A DNA stretch of 64,000 nt from Podospora anserina. Its lineage: Eukaryota. Shown piece by piece: positions 1 through 12,347 of the stretch. Every line of letters begins with the position of its first letter. Within the stretch, counting starts at the first letter, position 1. The stretch spans positions 2,666,001 to 2,730,000 of the forward strand of contig CM030334.1 of NCBI GenBank assembly GCA_017654855.1, written 5' to 3'. Under the pieces are notes generated by a model. It made no database searches. It saw only the letters and a list, made by a program, of their open reading frames with translations, and was not told the origin of the DNA. Both the position numbers and the translations under genes were made by a program.

Positions 1-1666
1 TGGCCCGTCGCTGCCGGGGGATCCGGGGCCTGCCATGTCTGGAAGGGGCGTGAGAAAGAAACTCTTCGATCTGCTGGAGCTACGAGAATTGGGTTCTGGT
101 GTTGTGTTTCGGCGTTTGCCTCGTCAATCGCGCGCAAATAATGGAGGGGTTGGTTGAGGGTGGAAGGTTAGGTGCTCGGTCGTTGAGAGCAAGATTTCGC
201 AGGAAAAGTGTGTGGGTGTGAGAAAGTAAAAAGCTAAAACTCGTGAGGAAATCAACCCTCGAGGTCTGTGTTGCCTGACAATCAAGGGTGCAAGTGGTCG
301 AACGGATTTTGGAGGAGGGAAAAAGAACCAAGCAAGCAAGCTGAGCTGAGTGAGAATGCTGAGTGGGAGATGCGCAGCGGGGCAGATGCGACCGCTCGCT
401 CTATCTAGCTTGCGCTTGCGCAGGGCGTTTAATGGAGGGGGAGGGGGGCGGGGCAACGCAACCTTGACTTCGCCCAAACAACGTCTTGATTTTTGTTGCT
501 GACGACTGTGACGACGGCCGAGAAGGGGGCGATCATCACCACCATACATACATATATAAAAATCCCAGAGAAGGGTCGGAAGGAAGTAGTGTGCAGAGGG
601 AGCCAGCCGTTTCCACCACCGGGCATTATCATTGTACCGTAGCTAGCCTCTTCTCAGCTCAATGAGAAGGCCTTGCGAATTCCGTCATCTTCAACAACAA
701 CCGCAGAGGTGACCCAAACAACAGGATGTCTTTTTGACAATGCCACCGATAAAATCCAGACGAGGTCGGCTTCTGGAGAATGCCATCGAAAGCTGATAAC
801 TTCCAGCACTCACGCTCACTACTACCCACCTCACCACTGAGTGATTACCTACCTCTCAACAACCACAAATTCCAAAGCATGGCCTCTTCCTCAACTACCG
901 TCATCCTCCAATTTTCCTTTTCATTTTTCACAATGAAATCTCCAGCTCACCACCAAATCCCCTGAACCACCTCAGCCACAACGAATGGCGCGTCCCCTCA
1001 ACAAGGGCGCAAAACTCCGGGAGGCAGCCAACACCAATCCTCACTTTACTTCCCCACACATTGCATCTACCTTCCTTCGAACTTAAATCACAATTCTATC
1101 CATAAAACATCAATCGACTTTCCCTTTTAATACCTCAAAGCAACCCTCTACCGTTTCAATATTGACGCCACAATTTGCTGCACGCTTCTGCATCTGACTT
1201 ACCTAAACTACCTGTCGAGAATGAACTATTAGGTTGTTTCTATTCTTAACTCACCCCATGGAACCTAGAAAAGATTACCTGAGTCAAATGCAAAAGCAAC
1301 TAAATGTCAAGTAAAATCTGTAAAAGAGAGCACTCGAATCAAATTGTGAACACGCCAGAACCTCACATAGACACTTGCATGTATCACAGACCAGTAGCAA
1401 TCTAGCGAAACAATGCTCGTTCGAATGCTGTTAAGTGCCAATCGTGCTCCGTCAAAGGTACCTAGTAATGATAAACCATCCACCTAGGTACTTCTAGTCC
1501 GCCGCATCTCTCTAGCTCATGTGCTCTGCTCAATACTCCAACCCCAAAACTCCTGCTAAAACGACTCCTCCCATCGGTGTTGAACCTCATCTTCAAATCT
1601 TCGCAATACTCTCTCTAAAACCTTCTAAACATATTCCCATCGACATCTATTCCAAACAACTACCTC

Positions 1667-4600
1667 TCAAGAACTATACCCAATATCCCCTCCTCCAAAC
1701 CCATTCCCATTCCCATTCCCGTTCAACACCTGCTTCCCAACCCCCTCCCTCACCTCCTCAACCCTATCCTCAACCCCATTCTTCTTCCCCTTGCCCTCAC
1801 CCCCCCCATCCTGCGTCAGTAATCCCCGTCTAATAGCCAGCACACTATCAACAATAACAGCATCCACCCCCTCCCTAACCTGCCTCCTCACCAACCCCGG
1901 CTCGTTATTCTCCCTCCCATAACTAACACAAACCAACCCCGCCCCCTTCACCACCCTCACCAACCTCGGACTATTCACAAACGGCTCCGCATTGCTCACA
2001 ATCCCCAGCAAATTCCACCTGCTCGCAAACCTAATCGCCTCCTGCAGACTACTCGCCCTGATATCCCCCACCGGACACGTCCCCGCATCCGTCAAAAACA
2101 AAATCGGTATATTCGGCTGCTTAAAACTCAAACAGAGACAAATATCCGGGTTGAAGCTCGAAAAAATGATATTCCTCCTCTGGTGCGGGTTGGCAGTCAT
2201 GTCGTACACCTTTTGCAGCACCGTGTCGCAAAACGAGTTCAGCTCGACCGCGTACGTGTCCATCTCGTGCTCCTCGCTCTCGTGAAGCATCGGGTACTTC
2301 ATCTCGATGTTGAACCCCACGCTCTGCGGCAGCTTCACAAACAGGTCCTCCAGCGTCGCAAACGGCGCCTGGATGAAGTTCCCGCGCGAGTTGGCCTTGA
2401 AGCCCTTCTCTTTGAAATCCCTCGTGTGTTTCATCCTCTCTTCCATCTCCTGCTTGGACAGGCGATGCTGCCTGTTGTGATCCGGCCAGTCCATCGACAT
2501 GGACCTCTGCCTCGGACCGGGCGAGTTGCTCCGCCTCGTCTTCTCGAGCAGCTTGTTCTCCGGAACGGCATACGAAAAAGGCGACGTCCCATTATTCCCC
2601 TGAATAGTCCTCGACTTGTCCGGGTTGATGTGCAAGAATTGCTCCAGAGTCAAAGTGTGAACCGGCGCGTCAAACCCGGTCTCGCTGACCAAAAAGTCGT
2701 GGTAGATAACCGGGACGTGGTCCTTGGTGAGCTGGACGTCAAACTCGACATAGTTAGCGCCGAGGTTGGCCGCTGCAATAAAGGAGGAGACGGTGTTCTC
2801 GCCCAGCTGGAGGGAGCGGCTGGACGTCATATTCTTGCCCAGGCCGCGGTGGCCAATGACCATGGTCGAGGCCAACTTCTTCCAGTAGGTGTGCTCAGAA
2901 GTGACCTCCATGCTAGGGTGTGAGAATGGCGTGATGACCAAAAAGTTAAAGTTAACGCTGCCAATGACCTCAAAATTGGCACCCATGATGGGCACACAGA
3001 CATCACCCTGAAGGTTCATCCTCTTGGTCCCAATAGTAGGTCGAACGCTCGAGAGCAGGGCAACACCACGGCCGACCTTATTCTCGTTGTTCCCAGAGTA
3101 GGTAGGAACAATATCGAAAAACAGCTTGACCTTGCTGGCGTCAACCGTAGTAAAAACGACAGGCTCGGTAGAGATGTTGTCGTGAACAGGCAAGTCAAAC
3201 ATAGTTGGCTCGCCCTGAGCCCCTTGCGCCGACACTACAATCGACAACGTGGTGTCCAGCTCCGTCGTGTGTGCTTTCGAAAGCGGAATATTGTCCAGCT
3301 TTACCGCCTCAAGATTCTTCCGCATGTCCATCGAGCCCAAGCTAACCAGCACCAGACTTTCATCCTTGAGATACCGATGACCAAATGACTTGACCGGCTC
3401 CGCCTTGCGCGCAGAGCCCTTCGACCGTCTCTCCTGGAACGACGCCTTGTCAGGCACAGCCGCATTATCCGTCACCGACTTCTCGTCATCAGAAGTATTG
3501 CTAGCCGTGTCCTCTCCCTCCTTGCTCTGAGCAGCAAGAAAGTGAGCAATAGGCATATGTCCTCTCAAAGCAGCATGTTCCCTCGCCGTCCAACCCGACG
3601 AATCCGGCTTGTCCACCTCAGCTCCGGCTTCCACCAGCAGCTTAACCACAGACAAATGCCCATCCACCGCCGCAATATGCAGCGGCGTCCAAGCAAAAGC
3701 CTTCTCCGTCAACTCAAAATCCGCCTTTTGATCCGCCGTCCCCTCCAACAACACCTTCGCACACTCATCATGCCCAAACCTCGCGGCAATATGCAGCGCC
3801 GTCTCCCCCGTCTTATCCTGCCAGTTGATGTCAACCCCCGCATGCACCAACATGTCGACAATATGCTCAAAGTTCGCCTTGGTGGCAATAGCCAACACAG
3901 CACTCGACTTTGAGATGGCCCGTCTCATCTCCGCCTTGTTATCACTGACACCCTGCCAATTCTCCCCTTGAAGCAGTGCCTTGGTCGTAAGAGCGTGACC
4001 ACCAAGGACGCTGAGATGCAGAGGTGCTTCTCCGTTCTTGTCCTGCCATTCAGGGGCGTCGATTCCGTTTTCGACATCAAACATGCCCCAATCCTGCATC
4101 TTCTTCATCAAAATCTGACACACCACCACAAAGCCAAACTGAGCGGCGTAATGCAGTGGAATGCGTCCAAAGTTATCCTTCGCCTTCAAAGCCACCATTT
4201 GTGCTGGCTTGAGATTGTCCAAAAGGTACATGAGCATCTGCACAGCCTCGTCATCCTTGCTCAAGAGACCGGCCGTCTCCTTGAGAGCAGACACCCGTGG
4301 TGTGGTGAGAGGAGACGTCGCTGGGGTAAGATAATTCTGGGCGTACTGAACCCCCGGCGGAAAAGGGTATGCGTTCAAATGAGAATCCGGCTTCACCTCC
4401 TCCACGGTTCTGGAAGAAACGGTCTTAGTCCGGCCAATATGAGTGACGAGCCTGTGGATACAATTCCGCCCATTGATGTCGTCGGGATCATCAAGGTCCG
4501 AAATCCTTTCCAGAAGCACAGGAATGACCTTTTTCGACCGGGCCGAGATGGCGCGCTGCAGGAGGCTGCGCAGGAGGTTTTGGAAAGCGTCGGTTTGATC

Positions 4601-5413
4601 TTGTTTTGCGAGATTTGCAGCAGCTAACCCGGTCGTCAATGCATCTAGATTATCTTGCCGGACGGCTTGGTCTAGTGCGTTGAGCACTGACGTATCGACG
4701 TCCAGTTTCGTGGGTCGCCCGTAAGACCGTGTTGAGCGGTCGGATTTGGCGTCATTGGTGTTTTTGGATTCATTGAGCACCGAAAGCCACGTGTTGACTG
4801 TCTGAAGCTCCTGGCTGGTGTCAAGATTTGTGGCAAACGGTAGAACGTCGACCCTGGTAGAGATGTACCTCTCCTGGATATCCGACGTGTGAACCTTCTT
4901 GTCCAGCTTCTTTGTGATTTTGACAAAGCCTCGACGGTTGATCTCTCCGAACCACTGTAGATTCCTCAGTTGGTTTCTGATTTCGAGTAAAGCTCCTATC
5001 AGATCCTCGAGCTCCTCCTCGTCGATGTTAGCGGCATCGCGAGGTGTTGGTCCGTATTTGTCTGTGATGGCTTGCAGTCGTCGCTGGTTCTCGTGGAGCT
5101 TCCTTGTGTAGAACTGGTCAACGCACTCTACTTCGCGGTCGAGGGCAAACAGAAACTCTGTTGGTCCAAGGGTCAGATCACGAGGTCAACGAAAGGGCGT
5201 TGCGGATCAGTGAACCCACCAGCCAAGTCGACTTGATCCCCATTGTGGGCAGCTGTGTCGGCTGCTGTTTTTATGAGTTTCTTGAGGCGCTTGTAGTCGA
5301 TGTAAGAGCCTGCCCACTCGGGGACTTGGTTTCTTGGAAGACTAGGAAAGCAAAAGTGTAAGTAAGGGGCAATCACGAATGCAGGCAGATACATACTTTT
5401 TCCCAAACTTCAT
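1667..5413 (-). CDS. GDE1: Glycerophosphodiester phosphodiesterase (SPX + ankyrin repeats + GDPD), ~1209 aa; exons 5413-5397, 5341-5220, 5157-1667
   Basis: The spliced N-terminus MKFGKNLPRNQVPEW...YKRLKKLIK is a typical SPX start. Ankyrin repeats are present (GETALHIAARFG, WTPLHIAAVDG), as are the GDPD motifs VIGHRGLG, ENT, VEFDVQLTKD. GT-AG introns keep the frame. Confidence 0.95.
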
Positions 5414-5830
5414 ATTGCGTGGTAGCTGCTAAGTACGTCTTGGACGATGAGAAGCCAGCCAAAAATAAAAAGGGGGTATTAAATGCCAAACGATCCCACA
5501 GGTCGTATCCCACGCTGGCTATGAGCGGGATACCAGCGGCTGAGTGTTGGGAAAGAAAATGCTATATATATCCGCTGATGTTTCCAAGTTGCGATGTCAG
5601 AGGTAGCAGGTGAAACGTACAAAATCAAACGGTCGGAAGTATCGTTATCGTGGCTACTTCAACAAGCAGACCTTGTGTGTTTGAGAAGACAAAGAGGTCA
5701 TGGAATCAGCAAGGAGAAGGGAGGAAATCACGGCATGAAGAATGTAGTGGAGAGGGGAAGTCTCGATCCCGTGATGGCCGTTGATGGGTACAAGAGTGGG
5801 AACCTCGATGGTCAAGCTGCCACGCACGTC

Positions 5831-5838
5831 ACACGTGT
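5831..5838. promoter_or_regulatory. CACGTG E-box (candidate Pho4/NUC-1 site) ~420 bp upstream of GDE1
   Basis: ACACGTGT palindrome. GDE1 is a PHO-regulon gene in yeast; function here is inferred. Confidence 0.45.
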
Positions 5839-7108
5839 TTTCCACGGGGAAGATATAAGAGTCCCATCGACAAGCGACGATCCATGAGCTCATGCTGTGG
5901 ACAAATGCACATGGCAAGAAAGCTGCTCGAGACATACATGGCAGTTGAAGGCCGGAACCAGTGACATCGTCCAGCAGCTATCAGTGGCGCCAGCTCCCTC
6001 TCTGATTGGCCAATCGCCACCCCACCATCCGACAGACCCCTGTCGCCTCCCGCCTCAGAACCCAGCCGCTGGGTTTCCACCACGAGCAATCACAGCCTGG
6101 TTTTTATAGGGTGTTGGAGTTCTCTCCATATATTATACTTATACGGCTATGAAGGGTTCTATTCTTCACAAGCTTGAAGATCGATCCTTCATGTTTGCAT
6201 ATAATATCTCGACTCTTCACAACGTCTTGACCCTTTTGTTGGTCGTCTCACCGCTCCCCTCCAACTTCCAACTTCTCCACTTACACAGAAGGTACTCCAT
6301 GTAGGGTCAGCTCTCGACTGCAGCTTGCACATGCACTGCACAGTTTGCTTTCTTGCAGGTCGCACCAGGCAAAATCCAGAAGAATTTTCCGTGGAGGGAA
6401 GGAGGTCTCGTGACTCAATACCCTGTGCAGCGGCTAGTCAAGGGAGTTCAAGCCGCTGGACCCTTTCTGTCGTCCAAGGCGCATCTCGTGATCTTTTTTT
6501 GCCCACTGAGAACGGACCAAGGGTCCAGAACAAAGCGCCCCTGAATTAGCATGGCATAACTCTAGGGTAATCCTGGATGGCTCCAGTGCGGGGGGATCGG
6601 TGGGTGAGCACACCTCGAATGCTGCAAAAAATAGACGGCTCGTTGGTTGAACAAGGCTCGGCAGGAACGTGCTACATACAAGAAATAGCAAACACTTCTG
6701 AGTGAGTTAAAGAAAGATCCTGTAGAAGTTGCCGCTGGATGCTTGATCCACGACCTTGCAGGCAATGTAAAGCTAACCATATAGCCTGTGGAGGGTTGAG
6801 TGATAAGAGAAACTCATAGGTGAGGATGAACCCCGATAGATTAATTATTGAAGCTTTTTAATAATCCTAAACTCCATTTCTCCTTCACGGCATGAAAGCG
6901 TGATAGGGCTGAGGCAAAAATGCATTCTTTCGATATCCATTCTTCACCAACCCTGCAACAGTACCGTAAATTTCAACTTGTGGCTTGTGGCGCTGGACCC
7001 ACATTTACAATCAAGGGTCTTGCATCAATCACGACTAAAACTTCAACAACACAACCCATATTCATTCAACCTTCGCCCTCGTCGTCGACGACAAAGTATT
7101 CCGAGAAG

Positions 7109-7732
7109 ATGGCCGCCACTGATCCGAGTCCGACTCTGAAGTTTTTGACAGATGCAGGTCATCTCTTAGCCTTTACGGCTCCCGAGACGTCGGCATATAT
7201 CCTCAGGCAGCGAAATGACTTGATGTTCGAGCATGAGGTTCCTCTTCCTGAGGTCCAACGACAGCATGTTTGCACGGCCTGTGGTAATATTTTGGCTTTC
7301 GGGGAGGGCAGTGACCTGGTCTTCAAAAAGAACAAAAAGGCAGTGATCAAAAAGAAACAGCAAACACCTCCGGCACCCAAGGTCGAAAAAGCGAAAAGGC
7401 AAGAACCTCGGTCATCTGGCCCAACCAAGCGCATCGAGTGTGGCCATTGCTCTTCGAAAATCGAGATCAAGCTTCCGGCTCCGGCTCCCATCATTCGCCG
7501 TACTGTCAAACCGGCCCACAAGGTGTCCAAGACCACGGCACCGGGAGCGGCCCCATCTTTGCCCAAGACTTCAGGTTCACCCGAGACGACATCCTCTCAG
7601 AAGCCAGCGTCCAATGCGAACAGCAAGAAGAGGGCCAGGTCTCGAAAAGCGGGTCTCCAAGCTCTGTTGGAGCAATCCAAAAATTCAAGACCTTCGCCTG
7701 GGTTGAGCCTTGCCGACTTCATGTCGAAATGA
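7109..7732 (+). CDS. Rpr2/Rpp21/Snm1-family RNase P/MRP zinc-binding subunit (~207 aa; likely start MAATDP at 7109)
   Basis: FLTDAGHLL...TSAYIL N-terminal helix, CTACG and CGHC zinc pairs, basic tail KKRARSRKAGLQALL...LSLADFM. Confidence 0.7.
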   Translation: MAATDPSPTLKFLTDAGHLLAFTAPETSAYILRQRNDLMFEHEVPLPEVQRQHVCTACGNILAFGEGSDLVFKKNKKAVIKKKQQTPPAPKVEKAKRQEPRSSGPTKRIECGHCSSKIEIKLPAPAPIIRRTVKPAHKVSKTTAPGAAPSLPKTSGSPETTSSQKPASNANSKKRARSRKAGLQALLEQSKNSRPSPGLSLADFMSK

Positions 7733-7979
7733 GTCCCAAGGCTCAGCTATCGAAATAGGAACATTCCGGAACCTTGGGGCAGCGTCAGGTTGTGCCTAGT
7801 GTTATGACATAATCTCCATGACTCCCTGAACCTATAGTGGGGCACAACCGTTTTGGCAGGTCAACTACCCCGCCAAAGAACGATTTTATCACAGAGTTAG
7901 TTACCCCTCCAAAATTTTATTCCCAGGTTCTCGCCATATCCCATCAACACCACCGAAACAAAGCACCAAAATAGCAAAA

Positions 7980-9398
7980 ATGACAGAGCTTTTCAACCCT
8001 ATCGGCGAGAAGGTCGAGCAGGCCGTCCAGGCCAATGGCGAGGCCGAGGATGACTTCAAGCCCATCGATGAGATCGAGTCCCTCTGCATGAACTGCCACG
8101 AGAATGTGAGCCGCAAACTTTCGATGGTTGCACATTAACGAATGCGCCGATGCTAATCATGGTCATAGGGTATGACACGCCTCCTCCTCACCAAGATTCC
8201 CTATTTCCGCGAGATTATCATCATGTCCTTCAACTGCGACCACTGCGGCTTCAACAACAACGAGATCCAGCCTGCTGGTACCCTCCAGCTCAAGGGTGTC
8301 CACTACGAGCTCCGGTTAAGAGATATGGAGGACTTCCAGCGCCAGGTTGTCAAGTCCGACACTGCCACCGTCAAGTTTATCGAGCTCGATGTCGAGGTCC
8401 CCGCTGGCAAGGGTCAGCTCACGAACGTGGAGGGCCTCCTAACCACCATCGTGGATGATCTCGTCTTCGACCAAGAGAAGCGTATGAAGGAAACCCCTGA
8501 GGCGGCCGCCAAAGTTGCTGAAGTCATTGCCAAGGGCAGACAAATGCTCGCCGGAGAGGCGTTCCCCTTCCGTGTGTCTGTCGACGACCCGGCTGGCAAC
8601 AGCTTTATCGCCCCTGACCCTCGCGACGGCGTTGGCAAGTGGGAGAAGCGCGAGTACCTCCGTACACCTGAGCAGAACGAGGCTCTCGGTCTCGCCGACA
8701 CCAACACTGAAGGCCTTGACGACAATGGCGACATCATCCCCGATCAAGTCTACCAGTTCCCAGCCTCTTGCCCGGGCTGCATGCACCCCTGCACGACCAA
8801 CATGAAGATGGTCGACATCCCCCACTTCAGACAAGTCGTCATCATGAACACGAGCTGTGATGACTGCGGTTACAAGTCCAACGACGTCAAGACGGGTGGT
8901 GAGGTCCCTGAGAAGGGCAAGAAGGTCACCATCAAGATCAAGACCCCTGTGGATCTTGCCCGCGATATCCTCAAGAGCGAGAGCTGCCAGCTCGAGTGCC
9001 CCGAGCTCAGCCTTTCCGTCAACCCAGGCACCCTCGGTGGAAGATTTACCACCGTCGAGGGTCTCCTCACCCAGGTCCGCGATGACCTCCACAAACAAAT
9101 CTTCGAGGCCGATGCCGACGTGGAGAAGACTAAGCGCAAGAACGACTCTCTGGACAGCACCGAGGCGTCGAGGTGGAATGACTTCTTTGATGGGCTCAAT
9201 TCTGCCATCAAGGGCGAGAGGGAGTTTACCATTGTGTTGACTGACCCATTGGCGGCCAGTTATGTTCAGAGCTTAGCTGATAACCCGGATGAGCCTGATG
9301 AGCAGATGACCGTCGAGGAGTATGAGCGGACAGAGGAGGAAGAGGAGGAGTTGGGTTTGTTGGACATGAAGACTGAGAATTATGAGAATGATGTTTGA
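7980..9398 (+). CDS. ZPR1: Zinc finger protein ZPR1 (eEF1A chaperone); exons 7980-8105, 8169-9398
   Basis: Two C4 zinc finger/domain modules: IESLCMNCHEN|GMTRLLLTKIPYFREIIIMSFNCDHCG and CPGC...IPHFRQVVIMNTSCDDCGYKSNDVK, plus GGRFTTVEGLL. Confidence 0.97.
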
Positions 9399-9714
9399 GC
9401 TATGGAAATAGAAAACGGGAAAAGCATGGGTGGCTGGTTTCTGGGTATTGGAATTTGCGTTTTTTTCAGTTGTTTAAAAAGATGATACCTGTCCTATAGA
9501 CAAAGAGAATGATTTGATGATGCCAACTACTTGACTGGGTCCGACAATTGTAAAGTTGAGAGCGTATCAAGGGTCTTCCGCAGATGTAAGCACGCTTATA
9601 TGTTTTAGGTGTGAAAAAGGCTCATGAGAAGTTGGATATATCTCGTCTTCATTATCAATGTAAATCTCCAATACTGGCTGCTTCCTACTGACCCCTTTCT
9701 CAACCATTTACGTC

Positions 9715-10920
9715 TCAAGCATCAACGCTAAAGCGATGCCTCACCTGCAAAACATACGGATCCCCCCCCGGCTCAAAGATCTGCTTTGGTCCCCTCCCCC
9801 ACTCAGGGTGATTAATCCCATCGATCCAATCCTGCACCTCCAGAACAACACACCCGTACTTTTCCACCCCTCTCGACCCGGTCCCGTCATCCCTCCCCTG
9901 CGTCGCCTTGATCGGCATGCTCCCGTTCATCCCATTACAGCTATACATCTGAAACGCCTCCTGATCCGACCAAATCTCCAGTTTTATTCCCGACCACTCA
10001 CTCGTCAGACTAGCCACCATTTTGTCCTCCGACCTCCAATCGTAGGGGTAGTTCCTATTGACGAGCCAGCAGTTGTCGTAACCCGTGCAACCCCCCCCGC
10101 AGTTTCCTTCGATCCCCTCAAGGGAAAACCCCTCGCCTATTTGTCTGGGTGCAGACCAGAAGTCGTTGACGGACCCCTTGGGGGCAGGGGAGATTTCCCC
10201 CGTGGGAATGAGGATGCTATCCACAGCCACCGTCTGCCCTGAAAAGGGGAGGTAAAATGTATGGTTCAACGCGGTAGGAGCTTCCGTGTTTGCGAACCCG
10301 TCTAGGTTCCAGTAGGTGTGACTAGACAGCATGATTGGAGTTTTCTTTGTTGTAGGAATAGCAACCATTTTTGCGTCCCAGGTTCGGTTTGATAAAGTGT
10401 AGGTGATGTAACTGATTACTTCCCCTGGAAACCCCTCTTTCCCGTCGGGGTCGACAAGGCTGAACGTGATGGATGACTTGGTGTAGGAGACGACGGTGAA
10501 GTTTCTGTGATCCCAGCCGTCGGGGCCGCCGTGGAGGGTGTTCACACCTGCTGGGTGGGCTGCGGTGGGGTTTTCATTGGGACGGATGTGGTAGTCTTCT
10601 CCATCGTCGTCAAGGGTGAAGGTCGAGTTCTTGATGCGGTTGGCGTACCGGCCGGGCACGCCGCCAAAGTGAGGGTGAACTGGATCGACAGAGTAATAGG
10701 TTGCGTTGTCGAAGCCGAGGACGATGTCACGGTCTATGCCGTTCTTGTCGGTGATGAAGAGGTTGGAGATGGAGGCGCCGTAGGGGATGAAGGAGGCTGT
10801 TATGCCTGGGGCGAAGAGCCAGTATTTACCTGAGGAGTCTGGTTCCCCTGTGAAAGAGGGGACGGATAAGGTAGGGGTGGCAAGGAGGAAAGCTCCCAGG
10901 GGGAGGAGAGAGAGACGCAT
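9715..10920 (-). CDS. Aldose 1-epimerase (galactose mutarotase family), probably secreted (~401 aa)
   Basis: Motifs GRYANRI, NTLHGG, HTYWNL, GYDNCW, VLEVQ. The hydrophobic N-terminus MRLSLLPLGAFLLATPTLS looks like a signal peptide. Confidence 0.9.
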   Translation of the reverse strand: MRLSLLPLGAFLLATPTLSVPSFTGEPDSSGKYWLFAPGITASFIPYGASISNLFITDKNGIDRDIVLGFDNATYYSVDPVHPHFGGVPGRYANRIKNSTFTLDDDGEDYHIRPNENPTAAHPAGVNTLHGGPDGWDHRNFTVVSYTKSSITFSLVDPDGKEGFPGEVISYITYTLSNRTWDAKMVAIPTTKKTPIMLSSHTYWNLDGFANTEAPTALNHTFYLPFSGQTVAVDSILIPTGEISPAPKGSVNDFWSAPRQIGEGFSLEGIEGNCGGGCTGYDNCWLVNRNYPYDWRSEDKMVASLTSEWSGIKLEIWSDQEAFQMYSCNGMNGSMPIKATQGRDDGTGSRGVEKYGCVVLEVQDWIDGINHPEWGRGPKQIFEPGGDPYVLQVRHRFSVDA

Positions 10921-11800
10921 GGTGGGATGTTGGTTTTGGTACCGACACCAACCTGGGAGAGAGTGGAAGGTAGGACTCACTCAGGTCATGAGTTGAGGGG
11001 AAAGAGTCAACAGAAAGAAAGAGAGAGAGGCGAGAACGGTGCCTTAATATAACCCACAGCTACCAACCCCCAATCTCATCCCATCAGTATGGAACCTTTA
11101 CGAGCAGAGCAACCCTCCAACCAAGGCAGGCAAGTCACCAGGTACACACACGCGCGCGCGCAAAGAGAGGGGAGATCTCCAGACCGGTAGGTGGTGAAGG
11201 CGGGAAAGAGCGAACCTGCATCCGGTTATTTGGGATGAAGAAGAAACCTTGACGCCAGCCAGCCAACCAGCCACTCTTTTTCGTTCCAGGCGAGGAGGTA
11301 AACGAGGGTGTGACCACGAGGTGAAGTGAGCGTCACACGGGGGAAGATCTCAGTTTTCCCGCCGTCCAGGTCGGTCGGCGGTCGCAACGAGTGACCGCGG
11401 GCCGGCATATACATATACATCCAACTCTCGATATACGATGCCGAATGCTGTGTGACTGCAAAGACCGTTAGCTACCTTCCTTGATTCTCCACAACCGTTG
11501 CAGCCATGGGATATTGAAGCCTCCAATGATGCTCTCCATTGACACCAATGAAAGCAAAAATGATACTTTATTTGGTCACGATCAAAAACAATCATCAGCT
11601 CAATGGGATGCGTCACTTACAACCACCAAACTCCCAGCAACAAGAACACCGAATTCCCCAGGTCAAAATAACATCAACTCACTTGCTTGCTAAACATTCG
11701 CGGAATAATTGCAAGCAGCTACGCGAATGGGATGACGTCTTAACAAGCAATCATTGGAGCGGCTCTGCCTTCGCCATTGGAGCTCTGTCGATGGAAACGA

Positions 11801-11832
11801 AGGAATGCGGGGATAATTATCTCCGCATTCTT
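11801..11832. repeat. 32-bp near-perfect palindrome AGGAATGCGGGGATAATTATCTCCGCATTCTT
   Basis: 14 of 16 Watson-Crick pairs plus 2 G-T pairs around the centre at 11816/11817. Confidence 0.9.
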
Positions 11833-12347
11833 CTCCCGCTGTCGATAGGAAGCTGGAGCTTAGTTGAATTCCTGCCAAGCCAATGGAGAGACTACCTATC
11901 ACTGTCTCTCAGTGTTATACTGCTGTCAGTCGGGGTCTTGGACAGTATCTCTGGAAACAATGACAGACATCCTCACAAAGAGACCTATTATGCTTCACTC
12001 AAAAGCAAGCTTCTATCTCAGCATTCTCTTGATTTGCACTTTTGGCACCATCGCAGCACAAGCCAGGGTATACATGCGCGCCAATGGCATTGGCAGTCGG
12101 CAAAACAACATGCTTAAAATGCATCACTGGCTATACTCCGTAACCATAAAACACTGTCGAATTCCAATCTGCAACCCGCCAAAACCGTCCGATACTATCA
12201 TATACAAGTCTTGCGCTACCCATACAGAACGAAGCCTAGAAGGAAACAGAGCCTTGAACGCATTAATAAAAGGAACACTCTCCCGAACCTGGTCACTGGA
12301 GCATTCCGCTCCCCAGGCTCTATGCATCGGTTATCTTGCACCCTCGT

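Noticed and set aside
6920-7108. Upstream in-frame ATG extension of the Rpr2/Snm1-family ORF
   Set aside because: Reads like UTR; the ATG at 7109 has better context (AAGATGG) and lies at the start of the domain.
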